The position numbers and the translations under genes are program-made. A stretch of DNA of 63,997 nt, filler included, from Sanchytrium tribonematis (Eukaryota): assembly GCA_018985235.1 (NCBI GenBank). It is 7 parts of 7 records of this genome, joined end to end, with 100 filler letters (N's around TTAATTAATTAA, not from the genome) between each part and the next. Parts side by side here need not be neighbours in the genome. Positions count along the whole stretch, not along the records: positions 18,135 to 47,007 come from JADGIG010000055.1; 6 more parts are not named here. One strand, 5' to 3'. How positions within the stretch are numbered: position 1 is the stretch's first letter; each line of letters opens with the position of its first letter. Under the pieces are notes generated by a model. That model made no database searches. It had not been told where the DNA came from and saw only the letters and a list, made by a program, of their open reading frames with translations. This document shows positions 32,429 through 42,858 of the stretch, in pieces.

Positions 32429-32704
32429 ATGAATATTCCGATCCCATATACATGCAAGTTCAGCGGAAACACAATGAAAATGTGCTATATCTCTACAATA
32501 GGTGTTTCCGTAGCTGGTGCGGCTATAGTGTTCACGTTAATAATGTGCTGCGTAATTAGAAGGCGCCGTTCTTTGAATGCACTAAGGAAAGAATTAAAAG
32601 ACTTGGAAGATTACAATGAAAGAAAAGGCGCTAGATTTTCGCAAATGAGTCATAACAGACTTAGTTTATTTAACAATCGAACAATAGTGAGAAGCAATAA
32701 ATAG
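32429..32704 (+). CDS. Small single-pass membrane protein
   Basis: TM followed by CC..RRRR. Confidence 0.6.
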   Translation: MNIPIPYTCKFSGNTMKMCYISTIGVSVAGAAIVFTLIMCCVIRRRRSLNALRKELKDLEDYNERKGARFSQMSHNRLSLFNNRTIVRSNK

Positions 32705-32707
32705 AGC

Positions 32708-34354
32708 TCATGCTAAAGTCTGATCGTTCATTCTTTCCGGTTTTCTTTTGCCCTTGAATCTGTCTATTTTTCTTAAATATTCCTCAATTGTTGCCTGACT
32801 TACCGAACTTCTGATATTAAGTTCCACATTTCCAATTCCATTTGTATGACGATTTTCAGAAATAAAATCGTAGTAAATATTCAAAAACTCTGCTTCAATA
32901 TCACAAACAGTGCAATTCTTTACATAATGATACTTGACTCCATCAAAATCATATTTCTGACAAAGCATCTCCACTGCTTCTTGAAATTCACTTTCAGTCA
33001 AAAATTCGCATTCTACATGCGTATCCAGTCTTCCTGGTCTTAGTATTGCAGGATCTATAACATCTGGTTGAGATGTAGTTCCAATGACATAAACATTTCT
33101 AAGCTCTTCGCTGCCATCTAAAACCGTCAAAAACTGGTTCACAATTCTATCCGTTATACCAGATGAATCATGGCCTCTTTTCGGAACTAAGCAATCAATT
33201 TCGTCAAAGAGAATGACAAATGGGCTTCTGTTTAAAGCATCTGTGAAGATATCCCTTATGTTTCTCTCGGTTTCACCTATATATTTGGAAATGATCTCTG
33301 GACCTTTGACTATTTTATGAGACAAACCGCTCTGCCTTATAAATTCTTTAGCTAAACAAGACTTGCCGGTGCCAGTCATACCGTACAATAACACCCCTTT
33401 ACTTAAAGTAGGTAAACTCTGATACAATTTTTTGTATTTTAGCGGTCGCATAATGCAAGACTCAAGCGCTTTTTTGGCTGCCTCTAAACCGATGATTGGT
33501 GTTACTTGTTCACCCTTTTGGATATCTACATCTTTAATTTTTGATTTCCAAACAATTTCAGGAATTGAATTAATGTCAGTTCTTTCTAGATCAATACTTA
33601 CACTTGTATCAAACTCTTCGCAAATTTTGTTCAAAAGCCTTTGTTTGATTTCAAGACTTGTTCTATGATGCCTAGTGATCCATAGACCCGGAATATCCGC
33701 AATGTCTTTAGTGGATTCCGCCGCAATTATGACAGCTTGATTTTCTAGTTTCCGTACTGACCCCATGTAGTATCTAAATGTTTTTTCCATGTACTCGAAA
33801 TTTTTGATCTCTATGATGCAAGGCTGATATTTAAGTGCTTCTTCAATTTTCTCGTCAAAAAGCTCCTCCTTTAAATCTAAACTTCCTTGGACAATGACAA
33901 CATTTTCACAAGGCCATTCCACATCACAATAGCCAATATACAAATGCATCACTGGTTTGTGTGGATATAATTCTACGTCCAAAATAGGCCTTGTCCATTT
34001 GCAAATAATCTCCAAAATTGTATTTTCTCTTAATAAAAGACATTCTTCGTCTGGTTCCAGTTCTTTAATTTTGAATTTTAAATTTTCATATAATATAGGC
34101 TGGCTCTTAGCTACAAGCTTAATTTGTTTGAGTAGATTATTTTCGATATCACCTGGGTTTTTGACAGGTTGATCAATAGTACAAACCACCCGTTTAGCAT
34201 ACTTCACAGTTATTGGAATTATATCTGTGGTTGATTTTGGAACTAAAATAGAAGATTTATCAGCATAGACATAATATGGCTGTGGCCCAAGACATAAAAG
34301 TGGCCCTCTCTTCGGAGCTACAACTAGTTCAAAATCAGATTTGGAACTGGCCAT
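32708..34354 (-). CDS. PEX1: Reduced peroxin Pex1 AAA+ ATPase (548 aa)
   Basis: GVLLYG..GTGKS, PKRGHDSSG.TDR.VNQ, ILRPGRLD and C-terminal QTLA are Pex1-like; D1 degenerate. Confidence 0.78.
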   Translation of the reverse strand: MASSKSDFELVVAPKRGPLLCLGPQPYYVYADKSSILVPKSTTDIIPITVKYAKRVVCTIDQPVKNPGDIENNLLKQIKLVAKSQPILYENLKFKIKELEPDEECLLLRENTILEIICKWTRPILDVELYPHKPVMHLYIGYCDVEWPCENVVIVQGSLDLKEELFDEKIEEALKYQPCIIEIKNFEYMEKTFRYYMGSVRKLENQAVIIAAESTKDIADIPGLWITRHHRTSLEIKQRLLNKICEEFDTSVSIDLERTDINSIPEIVWKSKIKDVDIQKGEQVTPIIGLEAAKKALESCIMRPLKYKKLYQSLPTLSKGVLLYGMTGTGKSCLAKEFIRQSGLSHKIVKGPEIISKYIGETERNIRDIFTDALNRSPFVILFDEIDCLVPKRGHDSSGITDRIVNQFLTVLDGSEELRNVYVIGTTSQPDVIDPAILRPGRLDTHVECEFLTESEFQEAVEMLCQKYDFDGVKYHYVKNCTVCDIEAEFLNIYYDFISENRHTNGIGNVELNIRSSVSQATIEEYLRKIDRFKGKRKPERMNDQTLA

Positions 34355-34414
34355 TTAAGTGCTCCTTGAAATTAAACTATCAAATGAAAACAATTTTTAT
34401 TGTCGAAATGGTTA

Positions 34415-35881
34415 CTAGTAGCTTTCACTCGTAAAATCAAATACATTCCCATCACGGGAGTATTGAATTGCCAGTTCTTGGATCAGATTTGAGAGGCTCT
34501 GTGATCCACAAACATAAACCCCTATCTTTTGATTTTGAAATGCAAAAGATATTCTCTGAAATATCTCATGAAAATTAGGTGGCCAATTTTTAGTTTTTGT
34601 AAATTTGCTTATATTTACGTGTGGTAATGAATGATTCGTGCTACTCAAAGATCTTTCGTCAATTTCGTTTTTGAAAAGATAGACGACTTCAACTTTAGGA
34701 ATTTGAAAAATATTATTTTCAAAATCTTTTTCGAGTTTACTCATGAGGGCTTGAAAGGATGTCATTCCGATTCCCTGTGAAATTAAAATCAAAGTATTAT
34801 AAGATCTAAAGTCAGAACTGGTTGTAAAATACGGACCCTCAATAATTATTTTATCATATCCCATTTCGATTGTTGTAGCCAAGCTTTTAGTCCAATCGCC
34901 AGTCACCTTCATTTCCAAGCTGAAACTGGCATCGGAGTGAATCTCGGACACTGTGAATGGATGGTATTCGTATTTGGACAAGTGCGGTGCATTTAGAAAA
35001 ATATACGATCCAACAGAATGATCGCTTCCAATCGCAACATTATCGATAGTCAATTGTATAACTTCGCTGTTGATCCATTCATAAGCAATAATTTTGCCTT
35101 CACTGGATTTGAAATACTTAGATACATTGTATTCAATAAAATATAAAAAGAGGCTAACAGGAATAAATCTGTAACCATAATAATGACACTGCATTCCAAT
35201 GAACTGATTAATGAAACAACTCGTTCCATGGAATAGGGATATAACCATTAAAGGAACAGCCAGGAAATGAGAAAAATAAAATAATTCAAAGTTTAGTCTC
35301 CTTAAGGGAATAGATGTAAGCATTAAAAACAATAAAACGCTCAATGCTAAGCCAGTGTAGCCAGGAAGTGTGTTGATTAATAATCGTTCCGGCTCGAAAT
35401 CATTAAAATATAGAGTATTTCCGTATGTTTCTGCTACTTTGAGATAATTTAAGGTATGAGCAGCGACATGAATTACTGAATAGTATAGGATGTGATAACC
35501 AGCCAAATTATGGATATACATAACTTGCTTTAAAGGCAGAAGGTAGCGACACCAGCTTATTCTTAGGAATGATATGAGGTTTTTTGCAACGGGAATTGCA
35601 ATGATTCCCAAATTTATATTGATGCCCATCGCGCAGCTTTTAGCAATTCTTATTAATAGCGGGTATGTAGAATAATGAATCATAGTGGCATTAATCATCA
35701 AAAGGGAACTAGAATAGTAGCATACTAGAATTATTATTTTCAGCTGATGATGTTTAATCCAAGCAACTTGATATTGTAAATCGAACATCGAGTTGCGGTT
35801 TCCATAGCCGAAAATTTTTGATGATACTGGACTCCAGTCAACACTATGGATTGAATCGCGCTTCAATAGTTTTTGATCCAT
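34415..35881 (-). CDS. NADPH oxidase / ferric reductase (gp91phox-like)
   Basis: Heme His pairs, HPFT, EGPY, GIG.T, VYVCG, terminal E.Y. Confidence 0.85.
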   Translation of the reverse strand: MDQKLLKRDSIHSVDWSPVSSKIFGYGNRNSMFDLQYQVAWIKHHQLKIIILVCYYSSSLLMINATMIHYSTYPLLIRIAKSCAMGININLGIIAIPVAKNLISFLRISWCRYLLPLKQVMYIHNLAGYHILYYSVIHVAAHTLNYLKVAETYGNTLYFNDFEPERLLINTLPGYTGLALSVLLFLMLTSIPLRRLNFELFYFSHFLAVPLMVISLFHGTSCFINQFIGMQCHYYGYRFIPVSLFLYFIEYNVSKYFKSSEGKIIAYEWINSEVIQLTIDNVAIGSDHSVGSYIFLNAPHLSKYEYHPFTVSEIHSDASFSLEMKVTGDWTKSLATTIEMGYDKIIIEGPYFTTSSDFRSYNTLILISQGIGMTSFQALMSKLEKDFENNIFQIPKVEVVYLFKNEIDERSLSSTNHSLPHVNISKFTKTKNWPPNFHEIFQRISFAFQNQKIGVYVCGSQSLSNLIQELAIQYSRDGNVFDFTSESY

Positions 35882-36031
35882 TTTGCAAATTAGAACGGGA
35901 AACGTATTTACAAAGACTATTTACCCAATCAGGAAGATTGGTCATTAATTGATCACGAGAGTAAAGTCAAATTCTAAGGAACTCGTGGTATTCTTAAAAG
36001 TGCTTTATTCAGCGCTCGTTGTGAAATAAAT

Positions 36032-36743
36032 TTACTCCTGATTTTCGTCTGCCTCCTCATCATCGGGCTGATGCTCCCAGGCAGCTTTTACAACTAGCTG
36101 ACGTCCTTCGATTTCTTTTTCATTGAATAGACTGATGGCTTTTTTTTGGTCCTTCTCAGAAGCAAATTCTACAAACCCAAAACCTTTGCTTAAAACTCTT
36201 GTTCTAGTTTTTCTCGTAATTACCTGAGAATTCGTCACTGTAAGACCCTGCTCTTCAAACAATGTCTTCAAATTCTCGCTTTCATATTTCCATGGCAAAT
36301 TTCCAACATAGACGTTGGTCTTCGTCGCAACTTTTTCTCCCTCAATAACCTTCTAAATAAAAAATTAGTACCGGTTTGCCACCCTTATAATTGGCACTAG
36401 GAACACGAGAACTCTCAGCAGCATCTCTTCCACCTCGGCCACGACCCTTTCCACGTCCTCTACGACCTCTGCTACTTCTTTTCTGCTCAGATCTTTCTTG
36501 TTGGACTTCGACTTTAATAGCTCTATCCAATAAAGTAGTTTGGTCCATTTTTGTAATTAGTTCATCAATGTCATCAGCCTCGATTTCCACATAACCATAT
36601 CCCAATTTCTTGCCATTTCTTTCCTTGATCTCTACAGAAATAACTTTAGCGGAGTCTTTAAAATGATCTTTTAATTGCTCATTAGTAACCTCATAACTAA
36701 GATTACCCACGTACAACTTACAACCATTTTGTTCTTCTGACAT
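36032..36743 (-). CDS. RRM-RGG-RRM RNA-binding protein (Sbp1-like), join(36743-36372,36352-36032), 230 aa
   Basis: LYVGNL, GYGYV, RGG tract, then VYVGNLPW and SKGFGFVEF after splicing. Confidence 0.85.
36353..36371 (-). other. 19-nt spliceosomal intron (phase 0)
   Basis: GTACTAATTTTTTATTTAG; brings RNP2 of RRM2 into frame. Confidence 0.88.
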
Positions 36744-36879
36744 TAGGGGAAGTAATCAATTATGATTTTATAGAAATTATTAAAGGATCAACGGCGTTAA
36801 AATATTCTCAAAACCATATATTGGATTATTTCAAATTAGTTGAAAGTCCCAATTGTTTTTTGCTTATCTGAAACTCTTG

Positions 36880-37149
36880 ATGCTTAAACAAGTGCAAAGC
36901 GACATGAGTGCGTTTGTTCATAAAATTAGGCAAATTGAATGCGAACTAGAGCAAGTGAAAGACAGAATAAAAGAGGAAGATGGAAAAACAAGAGAGATAC
37001 AATTAGAATTCCAGAGATTAGAAAAGCAATTAAAGAAGCAAAATTCTATCAATTCAAATCTAGAAAAAGAGGAGACATTGTTGAATTCAAAACTTAAAGA
37101 TATGTATAGCATCTTGGAAAAAATTACTCAGACTCTCAACAGGCCTTGA
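36880..37149 (+). CDS. Small coiled-coil protein
   Basis: 89-aa heptad-rich ORF. Confidence 0.5.
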   Translation: MLKQVQSDMSAFVHKIRQIECELEQVKDRIKEEDGKTREIQLEFQRLEKQLKKQNSINSNLEKEETLLNSKLKDMYSILEKITQTLNRP

Positions 37150-37186
37150 AATTACCGTTTTTCATTACAATAAATACTTGTAGAAT

Positions 37187-38393
37187 TTATTTAGGTGCAT
37201 TGAAAATGAATAAATTATTTGTAGCTGCTACCGCCAAGGTATTTTCTTTAGGGTGCCAACTGGCATACAACATTTTCTTAGAGAAGTCCATTTCCTTGCT
37301 CACTATATTAATTCAAGATACCAGTCATTTTCTTTTTCAATTTTCTCTGTTTAAATGCTACTTTGTCTGCTTGCAAAACAGTTTCCGCACCTGTGTGAGC
37401 TCCATAAATGTGGAAATAATTACTATAGGATCCAGTCAAGCAATATTCCGAATCGCCTGACCAAGTGCATTCAAATTTATCAAAAATACAGTCATTTTCG
37501 TATAGGTCACACAGCTTAGATCGAAGCTGATCATGAATTGCGATTGAATTTACAGGCTTTGAATTATTTCGGATATCCCAAATTTTCAAATGAAGGTAGT
37601 CTCTTGCCAATAAGTAATTACCGTCAGGCGAAAATTGCACATCACTTATGCTAGAAATAATTTCGCTGAAAAATGTCCGCGCAGCAGGGTCCTCTTCCTC
37701 CCCAAAGTTGGTTGCATTTTGGTCTAAAAGAGCATTTTGTCTCATATCGCAAAGCTTAATGCATCCTCTAGAAATAGCATATGCGAGTATATTACAAGAG
37801 ATGGGGTGAAATTGTGCGGCAGTTATCACCTCTGTCAATTCTTCCATATTCGGTGGCTTCATGTCTACAATGTTAAAGGATTTATCAGGGTGAGAAAGAT
37901 CCCAAAGATTAACTCTTAAGTCGTCTGCACTCAAAAATGTACAGCCGTCACTATTAACACTGATGCTGTTAATATGATATGCATGAGCATGCTGAAACGA
38001 TTTTTTAGGCTGGGCAGCAATTACTGATGGATTTCCTTTTTCGTAAATTTTCCACAGCTTTATAGTTTTGTCATTAGTGCTTAGTAAAAAATGGCCGTTT
38101 GTATTATATGGAAGCCATTTAAGTTTGTTGATTTTTTCTTCAATTTCTAAAGATTTTAAATAATCAAATTCAGGTTCATGACTTTGGAATTCAGTATAAA
38201 ACTGATATTCTTTGAATTGCTGTTGTTTGGTGCCTTTTTGTTGTCTAAATAAGACGACTCGGCCACCCCTATCTCCCGTCGCTAAATATTCCCCAGACTT
38301 GTTAAATTGAATTGCACTTATTATATCAGATTCGGTATAAGAATCTTCGTTCTTTTCTCCGAAACATTGCACACACTGCCAATCTAAATTCAT
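37187..38393 (-). CDS. CDC55: PP2A regulatory subunit B55, join(38393-37322,37302-37187), 395 aa
   Basis: [32 protein letters not shown]; exon 2 gives [24 protein letters not shown]. Confidence 0.96.
37303..37321 (-). other. 19-nt spliceosomal intron (phase 1)
   Basis: GTATCTTGAATTAATATAG; restores the conserved B55 C-terminus. Confidence 0.92.
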
Positions 38394-38725
38394 AAAAAAC
38401 TGAAAATGAAAACTAGAAGTGTTTTATAACTTCTCCTATTGGTAAAAAAATAATTTTTCGCTCTTGCCTAAATTATGATTTGGATTATACACATCAATAG
38501 AAATGTAACGCTTTAAAGTAAAATAATTGTAAGCACCATGATTAAGGCAAAAATTAAATTTATTTATAAATGGTGGAGATGAAACTTTTAACTTTATTCA
38601 TTGGATTTCATAATATTCGGCTAACTTTTAAATGTGGAATAGTTATATTCAATTATTAGATCTTACCACAAAACTCAATTTTCATCGCGTTATAAGCTTA
38701 TAAGCCACTTGCATCTTGCTACAAC

Positions 38726-41700
38726 ATGAAATACGATATTAAAGCGAAAAGATATCTATATATTTATTTGGGGATTGCCATTTTATGTAATGTTCTAACT
38801 GGAGTTGTGGGTCCAGTATTTCAAATTTATTTTGGTCAAGTCATAGAAAAATTTATTACGACTGCTGATTCTACACAAGACTTAACACCGCTTTTATACA
38901 TGATTGCACTTGGTTGCTTCAATTTTATGATTTTTTATATAGGTAAAATCGTTTTGCTGGTCAACTTTGATGTTGGTAAAATTATTCGCTTGAAGTTAAG
39001 CCATGCTTTGTTACTAAAAGACATGGACTGGTACACAGACATGGAAGGAAAAACATATGATAATAACGATGCCGTCACAAATGCCGAGCCAAATTTAGAC
39101 AATGTCCCAATACTACAGGATCCTCCAACAAATCCCATCGGAAAACGAAATAATAATAACATATTTGATTTCGGCGTGGAAAATTATGATTCTGAGAAAA
39201 TAAAAGATGTTGAGAGAGAAGAGAAATTAAAAATTTCCGAGAGAGGCAATAAGAATAGGCTATCGCAAGGGTTCACGGAACTACATTCATCTGATAAAAT
39301 TGTCGAAGAGAAGCCTCTTCTTAAGCAGCCTGACTTCAGCAAATTTCCTGAAATGCCACCGGAGCTGAAAAATCAATTACCTCCTGGATTTGACATATCG
39401 AAAATGCCACCAATTCCACAAGAACTGCTCAAAGAATATGGACTTCCACCAAATTTTGATATTAATAATCCGCCTCCTATACCCCAACATATTTTATCCA
39501 AACTTCCTTCAGACTTTGATATCAATCAGTTGCCACCAGATTTCGATGTTAGAGATATACAGACACCCTTGCGGACCCCAACATCTCCAAAAGTAGGAAA
39601 AGGTAAGGATGGCGATAAGAATGCCTTAGGAGTTCCATCCCTCCTTGCAAGTGTTGGAGAAATTGAACAAATTGGAACGGTTCTATGTGAATTGGTGAAT
39701 GCTATCACAACAGTCATAGCTAGTTTTTCAATTGCCTTTTTATTTGATTATAAAACGACTTTAGTCCAGTTGAGTGTGATACCGTTAATGCTAATGTTAG
39801 GGATCATTGTTATGGTCTATTATCAAAAAATAGGATTTTTAGAAACAGAATACAAAGCTAAGGCTAGTCATATTCTTGGAGATGCTATCACAAATATTAC
39901 TACAATCATGACATTTAATTGTCAAGATTATATATATTCTCAATACGAAGAGCAGCTTTTAAAGATTTTAAAATTAGCAAAAATTTCGTGTGCAATTCTT
40001 GGTTTCACAGCGGGGGCTTTTATGTTTATCATGTACGGAATTACTGGTTTAAGCTTGTACTTTGCCAGCATTCAAGTTGAAAATCACGTCTTAACCGTTG
40101 CTCAATCAATTACAATATTTACTGTAATCTTAGGTGCCTTTGGTGCATTAGGTAAAATACCCATGAGTATACAGGGTCTATCTAAAGGAATGGGGGCTTG
40201 GAAAAGACTTAAACCAGTCATGCAATTTGAAGAAAAAGCACCGTTACGACAATTAGAGGATTTTAAAGGAGAAATTGAATTTAAAAATGTTAGTTTTAAG
40301 TATCCAAACCGAGACGAATACGCTCTTAAGGACGTCTCTTTTTTTATTCCTTCCGGCCACAATGTTGCATTTGTAGGAGAATCTGGGAGCGGTAAATCGA
40401 CATGCCTTAATCTGCTTCTAAAGTATTATGACTATGAAGGTCAGATTTTAATAGATGGAGTTGATTTACGATCAATCGATGAGGTCTTCTTAAGAGAAAA
40501 ATTTGGTTTAGTGGAACAAAACCCCAAACTATTTAATATGACTATAATTCAAAATATAATTTTGCCATATGGTATTTTCGGGTCAAAAGTGGAGCCTCAA
40601 TATATGGATTTGGCAATTTATTGTTGTGAGAGAGCGTTTGCCCATGATTTTATCACAAAATTCCCTGATGGATATTTTACATTAGTTGGAGAAAAAGGTG
40701 TCACTATGAGCCAAGGACAAAAGCAACGAATTGCAATCGCACGCTCATTAGTTAAAAGTCCACAAGTTTTACTTTTTGATGAGGCAACGTCTGCTTTGGA
40801 TGCTTTATCAGAAGAAATTGTCCAGCAAACTATAGATGATGTCAAAGAAGGACGCACCTGTATTCAGGTATCTCATAGAATTAGCAGCATAAAAAATTGT
40901 CAGGAAATTTTTGTTTTTAAAGACGGTCTCATTGTAGAATTTGGTACTTTTGATGCTCTTTGTGATGATAAAGGCTACTTTTATGAACTTGTTCAAGGTC
41001 AGACTATAAACCAAATTTCCCCGACTTCAGCGAAAAAGCGAAATGTGTCTGTTTTTAATGATCTGGAAGTCGATTCAGAGATTACGGAAAAGGGTAAAAG
41101 TAAGATCAATTTTACTAAAATTTATAAGGAATCAAAAATCAGAAACCCTGTTTTTAAATACTTGGCCAAGCAAATCTACCATAGACCTTATATGTTTACA
41201 TTTGGTCTAGTTGGTTCTTTTGTATTTGGGATGATAATGCCGTTGTCAGGATACTTGTTTTCTAGTATTATCGGCTATCTTGGACATCCTGAATTTAGAC
41301 AGCAAATCAACGAATTTTGTCTGTACTATCTTTATATTGCTGTGGTTGCTTTTGTTGGACTTGGGACTACCTTTTTCTTTTTAACTTATTTATCAGTGTC
41401 ATTCTCAACAAAATTTCTACCAGCTATTTTTAGAAGCTTATTATACGCTGATATGGCTTATTATGATGATCCTACTAATAGCAGTTCTCAGCTTCAATCT
41501 AGAATAGAGGAAGATTTGCAAAGAATCGAATTGGCCAGTGGAAATTTGATTGCACAAGTTCTTCAAAATACTGTTACGTTTGTTGGCGGTTTTATTTTTG
41601 CGTTGTTGGTATCCCCAATTATTGGTGCAATTTGCTGTATATTTTTATTGGCATTAAGCATTGGAAGCTACTTTACAAGCAACGTCGCCAAAAGATATAA

Positions 41701-42847
41701 TGATTTATTGGTTTTAAAAAAGATTGAAGCGAGTGGCCTTGTGGCAGATTGCTTGGGCAATATTCGAATTCTGAGATCTTTAAACTGTCACGATTTTATT
41801 CTTCAACAGTATGATGATCTAATTGAATCTCAAAGAAAATTAGTCTTATATATGTTGTTTGTTATCGGATTGTTCGATGGTTTGATTAGTTCCCTTAGGG
41901 AATTTCTGTTCCCACTTATATTTTATATTGGCTACATTTTAATGAATTACAAAATAATCACCGGACCCCAGTTAATTCAACCACTCTTCATCATCCTGAT
42001 GTCAAGTTCTTCGGTTGACTCCTTGTTAGGTTCGTACAGAACTTTTTTACAAACAACAGATAGTGCTGCGCGATTTTTTGAGCTTTTGGAACAAAAGCCA
42101 AATATTGACTTACTTAAATCTGGAGAAAAACCTGTGGACATTCAAGGTGATGCACAATTCCAAAATGTTTCGTTTCAATATTTGACCAGACAAGAACCTG
42201 CAATCACAGATGCAAATTTACATATCCAGCATGGTGATCGAATTGGTATTGTTGGAGGTTCAGGATCGGGAAAAACTACGATTGCAAAATTACTATTAAG
42301 ACTTTATGATCCAGATCAAGGCAATGTTTTGATGGAATGCGTCAACGCAAAAGACTGGGATGTTCACTATTTAAGATCTAACGTGTTGTTTATAAGCCGT
42401 GATGGTGTATTTAGAGATACAATCAAAAATAATATATTATTGGGAGCCACCCCCACGGAACTTGATCAAGTATTAAAAGCTGTGAATTTATATAAATGGA
42501 TTCAAGACCTTCCCTTCAAGGCAGACACTATGATCGATGCTAATAGTGTTAGCGGGGGCCAGCTGCAGCGATTATTAATGGCAAGAATTTTAATAAGAAA
42601 GCCCAAAATCTTGATATTAGACGAGGCTCTTTCTGCTTTGGATCAAGAAAATGAGGAATTTATGATGGAATTGCTTGACCAAATGAATTGCAGCATAGTT
42701 ATAATTTCCCACAAACTTAGCTCTGTGGAAAAATGTGATCGAATTTATGTTGTGGAAAATGGCGAGATTGTGGAGCAAGGGACACATAATGACCTTTACA
42801 GAAAAAGAGGTAGCTACTATAAACTAGCATCTCTCCAAGAGTTATAA
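38726..42847 (+). CDS. Full-length ABCB/MDR transporter with large Pro-rich insert
   Basis: TMD-NBD-TMD-NBD; GESGSGKST, MSQGQKQR, GGSGSGKTT, VSGGQLQR. Confidence 0.92.
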   Translation: MKYDIKAKRYLYIYLGIAILCNVLTGVVGPVFQIYFGQVIEKFITTADSTQDLTPLLYMIALGCFNFMIFYIGKIVLLVNFDVGKIIRLKLSHALLLKDMDWYTDMEGKTYDNNDAVTNAEPNLDNVPILQDPPTNPIGKRNNNNIFDFGVENYDSEKIKDVEREEKLKISERGNKNRLSQGFTELHSSDKIVEEKPLLKQPDFSKFPEMPPELKNQLPPGFDISKMPPIPQELLKEYGLPPNFDINNPPPIPQHILSKLPSDFDINQLPPDFDVRDIQTPLRTPTSPKVGKGKDGDKNALGVPSLLASVGEIEQIGTVLCELVNAITTVIASFSIAFLFDYKTTLVQLSVIPLMLMLGIIVMVYYQKIGFLETEYKAKASHILGDAITNITTIMTFNCQDYIYSQYEEQLLKILKLAKISCAILGFTAGAFMFIMYGITGLSLYFASIQVENHVLTVAQSITIFTVILGAFGALGKIPMSIQGLSKGMGAWKRLKPVMQFEEKAPLRQLEDFKGEIEFKNVSFKYPNRDEYALKDVSFFIPSGHNVAFVGESGSGKSTCLNLLLKYYDYEGQILIDGVDLRSIDEVFLREKFGLVEQNPKLFNMTIIQNIILPYGIFGSKVEPQYMDLAIYCCERAFAHDFITKFPDGYFTLVGEKGVTMSQGQKQRIAIARSLVKSPQVLLFDEATSALDALSEEIVQQTIDDVKEGRTCIQVSHRISSIKNCQEIFVFKDGLIVEFGTFDALCDDKGYFYELVQGQTINQISPTSAKKRNVSVFNDLEVDSEITEKGKSKINFTKIYKESKIRNPVFKYLAKQIYHRPYMFTFGLVGSFVFGMIMPLSGYLFSSIIGYLGHPEFRQQINEFCLYYLYIAVVAFVGLGTTFFFLTYLSVSFSTKFLPAIFRSLLYADMAYYDDPTNSSSQLQSRIEEDLQRIELASGNLIAQVLQNTVTFVGGFIFALLVSPIIGAICCIFLLALSIGSYFTSNVAKRYNDLLVLKKIEASGLVADCLGNIRILRSLNCHDFILQQYDDLIESQRKLVLYMLFVIGLFDGLISSLREFLFPLIFYIGYILMNYKIITGPQLIQPLFIILMSSSSVDSLLGSYRTFLQTTDSAARFFELLEQKPNIDLLKSGEKPVDIQGDAQFQNVSFQYLTRQEPAITDANLHIQHGDRIGIVGGSGSGKTTIAKLLLRLYDPDQGNVLMECVNAKDWDVHYLRSNVLFISRDGVFRDTIKNNILLGATPTELDQVLKAVNLYKWIQDLPFKADTMIDANSVSGGQLQRLLMARILIRKPKILILDEALSALDQENEEFMMELLDQMNCSIVIISHKLSSVEKCDRIYVVENGEIVEQGTHNDLYRKRGSYYKLASLQEL

Positions 42848-42858
42848 ATAAAACAGGT

